DNA of 64,000 bases, from NCBI GenBank assembly GCA_963708075.1, contig OY970194.1, positions 5,472,001-5,536,000 of the forward strand, written 5' to 3'. The notes below the pieces were generated by a model. That model worked only from the letters and a program-made list of their open reading frames with translations. It had not been told where the DNA came from and did no database searches. A program made the translations under genes and the position numbers. Shown here piece by piece: positions 57,330-64,000 of the stretch. This DNA comes from Sedimentisphaerales bacterium. GTDB lineage: Bacteria; Planctomycetota; Phycisphaerae; Sedimentisphaerales; Anaerobacaceae. How positions within the stretch are numbered: position 1 is the first letter of the stretch; every line of letters begins with the position of its first letter.

Positions 57330-58959
57330 TCAGAATCGTTGTCTCATACTGTGCAGGCCGGAGGCGCCGGTGGGCTCGGGAGGGGCGGGGGTGACGATTT
57401 GGGGGGTGGAGCCGGCGTCGTAGCAGCGGACGGTGAAGGTGTGCTCGCCCGGCTCGAACGGCCAGTCGTAGCGCCAGAGCACCCAGGTCACCTCTGATAG
57501 TGGTGTGCGCAGGGCTGCCTGCTGCCAGGGGCCTTCATCGACCTGCACCTCGACCCGCGAGATTCCCCTGGCGCCGGCGTGGGCGATCCCGCCGATGGGC
57601 ACGGGCGTCCCGCGATCCGCATAGACGATATTCATATTCATCCCGACCGTGTCGATGACGGATGTGGCTTTCATCCGGGCGACCTCGTCCCACCCGCGAA
57701 CGACCCAGTAGCCCGGCTCCCAGCGGTCCGTCGCCTCGATGGTCTCGATCCACTTGGGCTGCTTCATGCCGTACACGTCGGGGATGTAGATCCGCAGTGG
57801 GAAGCCGTGCCCGACCGGCAGCGGCACGCCGTCCCACGCATAGGCCAGCATCACCCGCTCATCCGACCTGGCGATCTCCAGCGGGACGACCTCGTAGAAC
57901 GCATCGGCCGAGCGAATCTTCAGGTGCGTGGCCTCGGGCTTGAGGCCGAGGTCCGCCAGCAGGCGCTGCAGGCTCACGCCGGTCCAGCGGGTCGTGCCGA
58001 TCAGGTCGCCGCCGACGGGGTTGGAGATACACGACAGGGTAATGAACTGGTGCATCGGCTCGTAGTGCCGCAGCTCGTCAAGCGTCAATGCCAGTGGCTT
58101 CTCAACCAGTCCCTCAACCTTCAGCCGCCACTCTTGCTCGTCGATCCTCGGTGGGATTGTGTTGATGTCGATGCGGTAGTGCTGTTCGAGGTGCGTGTAC
58201 TCCGCCCGCGTCCCCGGCGCAGGCTCGACGGCGGCGCCGGCGTTGGGCAGGGGGTGCGTGGCGGACCATCGCTCGCCGCCTGCCGCCGTGGCCTCTCTGC
58301 TCCGGCGGCTTTGCGACAGCGCGCCGACCACCGCCCCGGTCACTGTGATCGCTGCGGTCATGCCACCGAGCCGGATCAGGAACCGCCGCCGGCTGACCCG
58401 CTCCGCGAAAGGAGGCGCCGCCGAAGTGCTCTCCGCGGAAACGCTGGCTGCAAGGAGTTGTTGGTAAACCCAGCCGAAGGTCACGCCCCAGAGAATGAAA
58501 ACGGCAAGGATCCAGATTGCGCTGATGGTCGGTGAGACCTCGGCCGTATGGCTGAGGGAGCGGCTGATGAGCATGACGGGAACACCCACGGCGATGCCCA
58601 TGATGAGCCCCAAAGGATAGGCGAATCGGCCTCGAAGTGCGCAAGAGGGCGAAGAGCACTGCTCCGGCGACCACACCCGTGACGAACAGGCCGGTGATCC
58701 CCATCGCCTGCTCGGCCATCTTGGCGACAACGGACGTCGGACCCAGGTTTAGCGCCCGAATGACCGCCACCATCGATCCGATGCCGAAGGCGATGACCCT
58801 GCCGGGCAGGACGCGGGCGACCCAGTCGAACACGTCAAACGGGACAAACGGCAGCCCGGCGAGCTGCCAGCCGGCATAGAACACGGCGATCAGCGCCGCC
58901 GTCAGCATGGCTCCTACCAGTGCCCCCGCAAAAATCCCCGGCCGTCTCAGTGGCTTCAT
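57330..58959 (-). CDS. Membrane-anchored molybdopterin oxidoreductase, sulfite oxidase family; frameshift near 58640
   Basis: N-terminal TMs in ORF 58114-58968; internal Tat-like SRRRFL; YRID, TLSCISNPVGG.LIG...WTGV.L, HGFPLR..IP..YGMKQPKW, VEV..D...W, W..WRY.W in ORF 57330-58730. Confidence 0.88.
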
Positions 58960-58989
58960 GGTCCACACCCCTTCTTAAGTCAGGAAGAC

Positions 58990-59069
58990 GGGTGCCATGT
59001 TCGTGCTTGCGTGGACACGTTTCCGCGATCGCGATAAGACATGCTTGCGCAAGCATAAGCATGGCACCC
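58990..59069. repeat. Family B palindromic repeat (diverged)
   Basis: GGGTGCCATG...CATGGCACCC. Confidence 0.8.
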
Positions 59070-59304
59070 GGCACGGTAATCATGGTTTCCACTCCACCAT
59101 ATCGGCGCGATTCGCTCAATGAGCCTTTTCCCTACACCCGACCGAGCGATGATCGCGAACTCTCCACGTAGAGCCTGCCCCTGACCCGATCAGGAGTCGT
59201 GCGTCCCCGCACGCGCCCCTGGGTGGAAGTAGTCGCACGCACAATGTAAGGGTGCGGTCGGCATGCGGTGGCGACGTGTGGCCGCCGTGTGCGGACCGTC
59301 CCTC

Positions 59305-59517
59305 TTTCGTCCCTTAGGGGACTGGCTTTTATCCTTGGCCCCGGTTCCCCAGCGATAAATCGCTGGGCTATTCTCTATCGCCCTGCGGGCTTGGACTGTG
59401 CCCCAGTCCTCTTGCCTCGGCCCATTCGCCCCACAGGGGCGAGCGATAATAGCCCACCGTTTCAACGGTGGGTACCGATAGCCAATTATATTCCAAAGCC
59501 CCGCAGGGGCGAAAGAA
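59305..59517. repeat. Pair of multi-hairpin MITE/REP-like elements
   Basis: Hairpins GTCCC-ttag-GGGAC, CCCAGCGAT-aa-ATCGCTGGG, GCCCC-aca-GGGGC, CCCACCGTT-tc-AACGGTGGG, GCCCC-gca-GGGGC; two related units in opposite orientation. Confidence 0.65.
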
Positions 59518-59692
59518 GACTGCGCTCTTGTGTCCGGTGGGATCGCAACCCGCCACCCAATGCCGGCCGCACACCAATGCAAAAATGCAAATATGTTAGT
59601 TGACAGAAAACGGCCATCATGTATGATTGTACATGCGTGCTACGCTGTGACGCCCCGGTGTGCCGGGACCATCGAACCGGAAGGGAGAACGC

Positions 59693-60547
59693 ATGGCCGG
59701 ACCGTGCTGTGACAATTGCGTGTATTCCGTCTGTGATCCGGAGCTGACGAAGCGACTGCTGTGGCTGGGCGAGCCGATCGTGCCGAGGTGCGCCAACCAT
59801 CCTTTCTGGCCGGGCCGGTTGCACGACGTGCCGGGCGTCCCCTGCCCGAATTACCGCCGCAAGCCCGCCTTGCCCGCAGGCGACGTCCGCATGATCCCGC
59901 TGGGCGACGGCTTCTACGCCTACGTTGACGCCGCCGACTACGAATGGCTCAGCCAATGGAAGTGGCACCTGCACAGCGGCGGATACGCCGGGCGCAGCGA
60001 GAAGGGCAAGACGATCCTCATGCACCGCCAGATCATGCGCCCGCCAAAGGGGATGCTCGTAGACCACGCCGACGGCAGCAAGGCCAACAACTGCCGGTCC
60101 AATCTCCGCTTCTGCAACCGCTCTGAGAACCAGCGCAACTCGCGTAAGAAGACCGGCTCGGCCTCCCGATACAAAGGGGTCTTCTACGACAAGCGATGCA
60201 ACAAGTGGTTCGCCAGGTATCGCCAGAACGGCAAATATCACGGGCTCGGCTATTTCGACCTGGAGGTCGATGCGGCCCGCGCGTACGACTATGCCGCCGT
60301 CCTGCACTACGGCCAGTTCGCCCGCCCGAACTTCCCCGAAGAATGGCCCCCCAACCGCCGAGCCCAGCTCCTTGCCCAGCACGACGGGGCGAAGAGCGAA
60401 AGCAAGAAGGGAGGAAGGTCAGAAGGTAAGAAGGCCGGAACGGCCAAAGCCAAGAAAGCAGAATCTCGTAGGGGCGAATCATCATTCGCCCGCAAATCTT
60501 CACCACGGAGGACACGGAGACCACGAAGAAAACGCAACCGCGGATGA
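59693..60547 (+). CDS. HNH endonuclease-AP2 domain protein with Cys-rich N-terminus
   Basis: CCDNC....C..C.NHP...CPNY; MHRQIM, VDHADG...NNCRSNLR.C...EN.RN; SRYKGV, LGYF..EVDAARAYD.AA..HYGQFA..NF; promoter-like TTGACA-N16-TATGAT at 59600-59627. Confidence 0.88.
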   Translation: MAGPCCDNCVYSVCDPELTKRLLWLGEPIVPRCANHPFWPGRLHDVPGVPCPNYRRKPALPAGDVRMIPLGDGFYAYVDAADYEWLSQWKWHLHSGGYAGRSEKGKTILMHRQIMRPPKGMLVDHADGSKANNCRSNLRFCNRSENQRNSRKKTGSASRYKGVFYDKRCNKWFARYRQNGKYHGLGYFDLEVDAARAYDYAAVLHYGQFARPNFPEEWPPNRRAQLLAQHDGAKSESKKGGRSEGKKAGTAKAKKAESRRGESSFARKSSPRRTRRPRRKRNRG

Positions 60548-60929
60548 ACCAGATGAACGCTGCGAAGGAGCCGCGACACGGCAACGGCGAGAGCCGGTAT
60601 GGTGGGCTCCGCCCACCGGTTCTTCTGACAACCGACAACTGACTACCGACTACTGGCCTTCCATCCGCAGATTTCGCCGATTGACGCAGATTTTGTAGGG
60701 TGTGCATCGCACACCGATTCCCTTTCGTGCCAGGCATGTCATTCCCGCCGAGTCGGGAATCCAGGTCTCTTCACCGCGAAGAACTGGAGGCCACGAAGGG
60801 GAACGCGCAGGCGGATCGGAATTCACAAGAAATATCTGACATCTTCAATTCTCCTGCGTGTCAGAATGTGAAATGTGTAGGTGTGACCCCCTATTTCTGC
60901 GTTGCAGGGCTGTATTAGGACGCAGTTGC

Positions 60930-60959
60930 TTGACACTTGGCCCCTAATAATGGTATGAT
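60930..60959 (+). promoter_or_regulatory. Putative sigma70 promoter (extended -10)
   Basis: TTGACA-N18-TATGAT with the TGn extension. Confidence 0.5.
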
Positions 60960-61001
60960 GATCTGTGTGCCGTTATTGACCGTCGATGGAGAGAACCACC
61001 A

Positions 61002-61283
61002 ATGAAAGCGAAGAAACGCGAGATCATGCTTATGGTCTTGGTAACCCTGATTCCCACTGTGTGGACTGTTGTGCAAGATGGGGACAAGCCAAGTGAAACC
61101 GTTCCACCATTCAAGTACACCGTAGTAGACGAAGGCGACACGCTTCGCGGCCTGCAAGAAGTAAAAGTTGCCACGGAGGACTTGAGACTGGGGGTGGAAC
61201 GACTCGGCTTGACTAGGCAGACCGCTTATAGCCTTGCCAAGAAGTGTATGACTGTCGAGCTTGGCAGGGGCACTACGGCATAG
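61002..61283 (+). CDS. Small hypothetical exported protein, possibly truncated
   Basis: GGAGA RBS, basic then hydrophobic N-terminus; lower GC. Confidence 0.45.
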   Translation: MKAKKREIMLMVLVTLIPTVWTVVQDGDKPSETVPPFKYTVVDEGDTLRGLQEVKVATEDLRLGVERLGLTRQTAYSLAKKCMTVELGRGTTA

Positions 61284-61299
61284 TGTGAAGGTTTATTGC

Positions 61300-62130
61300 A
61301 TGAGCATACGCAAGAGGTTCGGTGAAATCTTTGGTGTGGAGGACGGTCTTGAAGACGAAAGGAAGCGGTTCGTTGAAAGGGTAAATCAGGCCATCTTCCA
61401 CCGCATAGATACGGAGAGACCAGTTAGTTGGGAGTTCAATTATCCCGAGTTGTTCAGAGCCGTATGTTTTGAATTGGGTATTAATGCTCATACCATTCCG
61501 CCAAGAAGAAGGATGCTCACAACTAATGAGCCTTTACCCGCCGAGATAAGGACTCTGACAGACGGCACTTTCACTGCAACGCTTGTGGTGCTATGTGCCA
61601 TGTACCAACATCTGGCGGAAAAAGGTCCGTACGAAAGTCAAGAATGGTTGTCCCAAGAGATTGAAAAGGTGCTGTCCCGTTGCACCTGTGATATCGGAGT
61701 CCGATGGAAGGAAGGATTCTTCTATTTAGCCGGTGCGGAGGAGTTAGACAAACCTCTTATTGAGGATGCGCTGACCTGGTTAAGGGACTACCCGAGTGAA
61801 GAGAAGGACTACCGAGCTGCTTTACATCATTACACAGCGCGAGATTCCTTAGCTGATGTTGTCACGAACTGCTACTCGGCCGTAGAGGGACTGGCAAGGA
61901 GTGTGCTCGGGAACAGGAAAACGCTGGACAAGAACAAGGATGAGTTACTGGCCAAAATAGGTCTGTCAAACGGATGGAAGTCGTTGATGGCCAATTACAT
62001 CAACTATGCTCATGACTACCGGCACTCGTCCGAGACAAGGCATACAATAACGAAGCAAGAGGCCGAAGCGTACTTGTACATGACGGGTTTGATAATCCGG
62101 CTGACCATTGAATCCGGTTTGGCCACATGA
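61300..62130 (+). CDS. Hypothetical protein, AbiJ/Abi_C (HEPN-like) candidate
   Basis: Lower GC; C-terminal helical domain ADVVTNCYSAVEGLAR...TL...NYAHDYRHS......EAEAYLY..G.IIR. Confidence 0.6.
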   Translation: MSIRKRFGEIFGVEDGLEDERKRFVERVNQAIFHRIDTERPVSWEFNYPELFRAVCFELGINAHTIPPRRRMLTTNEPLPAEIRTLTDGTFTATLVVLCAMYQHLAEKGPYESQEWLSQEIEKVLSRCTCDIGVRWKEGFFYLAGAEELDKPLIEDALTWLRDYPSEEKDYRAALHHYTARDSLADVVTNCYSAVEGLARSVLGNRKTLDKNKDELLAKIGLSNGWKSLMANYINYAHDYRHSSETRHTITKQEAEAYLYMTGLIIRLTIESGLAT

Positions 62131-62274
62131 CACATGAGGCGAATCTGGGGACGCCATACTCAATTCAGGACCAAAATAAGTAAGCTGTCCCCGGATTTCC
62201 CTTTGGGGACGAGGAGGGAGGTGGGGCCGCGTCTTTAATCATATAATTATCTGAGCAGTTCGAATGAAAAAGAC

Positions 62275-62461
62275 AGTTGTCGGTTGCTGGTTGCTCGTTG
62301 TTGGTTGATAGCTGTAATCGGCGGAAGAGGAACGGGGGCGTTGGATTTTTGATTTATGATTTATGGTTGGGCAGGAGGCCCCGGTTGCGGATTTGGGATT
62401 TCGGATTGCGGAATGAGGCCGGTTGTTGGTTGCCGGTTGCCAGTTGTCGGTTTGAAATCCG
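62275..62461. repeat. Cluster of degenerate 7-nt tandem repeats
   Basis: Units such as GTTGTCG/GTTGCTG/GTTGCCG, GATTTTT/GATTTAT and GGATTGC/GGATTTC; same class at 28511-28668, 35966-35992, 52609-52678, 60623-60655 and 63203-63290. Confidence 0.75.
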
Positions 62462-62591
62462 TGTCGAGTAAGAGCCCTCAGTCCAAGGCGGGCTCGCGGC
62501 GGGATAGGATTTGGCGGTTGCTGCGTCCGGCCGGCGAGCTTATAATCGTTTCAGATACAGGTTAAGCCGGGCAGTCGTTCTTGAGGAGTAT

Positions 62592-62819
62592 ATGACGTTC
62601 ACACGTATTACAATCGATCCGGAGAAGATGGGCGGGGTTCCATGCATTCGGGACCTGCGCATGCCGGTGGCGACTGTCGTGGCGATGGTCGCTGAGGGCA
62701 TGACCGAGGAGGAGATCCTCGAGGCGCATCCCACCCTGGAGCAGGAGGATATCCGCGAAGCTCTGCGGTACGCCGCTGAGGCTGTCAAGGAGCGGGCCTT
62801 GCCCTTGACCAGTGCATGA
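62592..62819 (+). CDS. DUF433 antitoxin
   Basis: RITIDPEKMGGVPCIRDLRMPV..V.....G....EIL..HP.L..EDI.EAL.YAA; promoter-like TTGCTG-N17-TATAAT at 62518-62546. Confidence 0.92.
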   Translation: MTFTRITIDPEKMGGVPCIRDLRMPVATVVAMVAEGMTEEEILEAHPTLEQEDIREALRYAAEAVKERALPLTSA

Positions 62820-63187
62820 GATTCCTTGTGGATAATCCGGTCTCGCCGCTGGTGGCTGCATCGCTTTGCCGAGACGGCCATGATGCCGTTCACGTCCTTG
62901 ACTATGGGCTTCAGGCGGCATCGGATGCCGCCATCTTTGAGCGTGCGTCGCAGGAGGATCGAATCGTCGTGACGAGCGACACAGATTTCGGCCTCTTGGC
63001 GGCGCGGACCGGGGTACGCAAGCCTTCCATTATCCTGTTCCACCACAGCTTCTCTCACCGGCCGAGCGAACAGGCAAGAATCCTTGTCAGAAACCTTCCA
63101 CCGCTTCGCGCCGCGCTGGAACAGGGAAGTTTAGTCGTGCTCGAAAGCCATCGTATTCGGATTCGTTCGCTCCCGATCATCGGCTAA
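62816..63187 (+). CDS. DUF5615 PIN-like toxin
   Basis: MRFLVD...S..V...L...GHDAVHV..GL..ASD..I...A..EDRIVVT.DTDFG; ATGA overlap with DUF433. Confidence 0.92.
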   Translation: MRFLVDNPVSPLVAASLCRDGHDAVHVLDYGLQAASDAAIFERASQEDRIVVTSDTDFGLLAARTGVRKPSIILFHHSFSHRPSEQARILVRNLPPLRAALEQGSLVVLESHRIRIRSLPIIG

Positions 63188-63741
63188 GGGGCGGGACGGC
63201 GTTTGGATTGCGGATTGAAGAGGCAGGGATCGGGAGTTGGGGATCAGGGGCCTGTGCTTTGTGATTTACGATTTTTGATTTACGATTGCGGGGGCAACCC
63301 GAGTCGCGTGCCTTCTCCGTGATCTCCGTGCCTCGGTGGTGAAGAAAGTAGTTGTCGGTTTTCGGTTGTCATTTCTCAGAAGATGGATTCCTGCTTTTGC
63401 AGGGTACGTGTTTAGCGTGAAGCCGACCGTTCGCCGGGTGGCACCGCCAAACTCGTTTGACGGTGCTCATTCGACCGAGTCTGGTCAATCGGGACCCCCA
63501 CGGGCAAACAAGTTTGCCCGTGCCACCCAGGACTGGGCGCATCCAGGCTAAACACGTACGTCGCAGGAATGACAGAATCGGAATCCCTGTTCATCGGTGT
63601 GAATTCGTGTCGAACAGGTGAGGGCGGGCGAATGTGATTCGCCCCTACGAGGGTGGCGTGGGTCGGGTTTGGGCCGTTTGGCCCGGCGGATGTGCGGCGG
63701 GAGGCTTTACAGGGCGGTTGGCGAAGCTATACTGGCTGAGT

Positions 63742-64000
63742 ATGGTTGGAAATGAAGAAAATACTGTGGGGCTGGTGGAGACCCGGACGATTCGCGTTGT
63801 CGAGCAGGATAATCCGCTCCTGCTGGACTGTGGCAAGAAACTCGGGCCGATTGATGTCGCCTACGAGACCTACGGGCAACTCAATCAGGCGGGCGATAAC
63901 GCTATCCTCATTTGCCACGCGTTGAGCGGCAACGCCCATGTGGCGGGCTACCATAACGCGGCCGACGAGAAGCCGGGGTGGTGGGAGAGCATGGTCGGGC
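63742..64000 (+). CDS. metX: Homoserine O-acetyltransferase (5' part, runs off the window)
   Basis: L.LDCG..LGP.DVAYETYGQLN...DNAILICHALSGNAHVAG......KPGWWESMVG. Confidence 0.93.
   Translation, partial: MVGNEENTVGLVETRTIRVVEQDNPLLLDCGKKLGPIDVAYETYGQLNQAGDNAILICHALSGNAHVAGYHNAADEKPGWWESMVG

Noticed and set aside
59600..63200. Prophage or integron
   Set aside because: No integrase, structural or replication genes, and no convincing attC sites.

Overview
A GC-rich bacterial chromosome segment. The DUF1559-style prepilin proteins, several sodium:solute symporters, HNH-AP2 protein and repeat families suggest an anaerobic planctomycete (Phycisphaerae/Sedimentisphaerales-like); this taxonomy is inference. 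In order the window holds: (1) 1-12.3 kb, a sensor kinase and STAS gene heading a T2SS/type IV pilus-like operon (ATPase, PilC/M/N/O, major pilin, four minor pilins). (2) A VIT-vWA protein. (3) A sugar/aminosugar region: SSS transporter, two small membrane proteins, DegT aminotransferase, CsxA-like GH2. (4) TauE, pyrG and kdsB. (5) An SSS transporter, a double L-rhamnose-mutarotase lipoprotein and FucU. (6) A lower-GC island of three orphan exported proteins, two prepilin-type paralogues and queA. (7) An unusual operon: PTS enzyme I fused to a YHS/TRASH domain, a His-rich copper P1B-ATPase, a hemerythrin remnant, a four-subunit group-3b-like [NiFe]-hydrogenase and DUF302. (8) A beta-helix enzyme, a sugar ABC transporter and a sulfite-oxidase-family Mo enzyme. 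(9) A repeat-rich accessory end: HNH-AP2, a HEPN/Abi-like gene, a DUF433-DUF5615 toxin-antitoxin pair and the 5' part of metX. Best novelty candidates: the EI-YHS/Cu-ATPase/hydrogenase operon; repeat DNA sitting in-frame in the cleavable leader peptides of all four minor pilins; an intact REP doublet translated inside the GH2; and the exported tandem RhaM. Six small indels break four otherwise intact genes and look like long-read assembly errors. No rRNA, tRNA or CRISPR array was recognised. Family assignments come from motif recognition by eye, not database searches.
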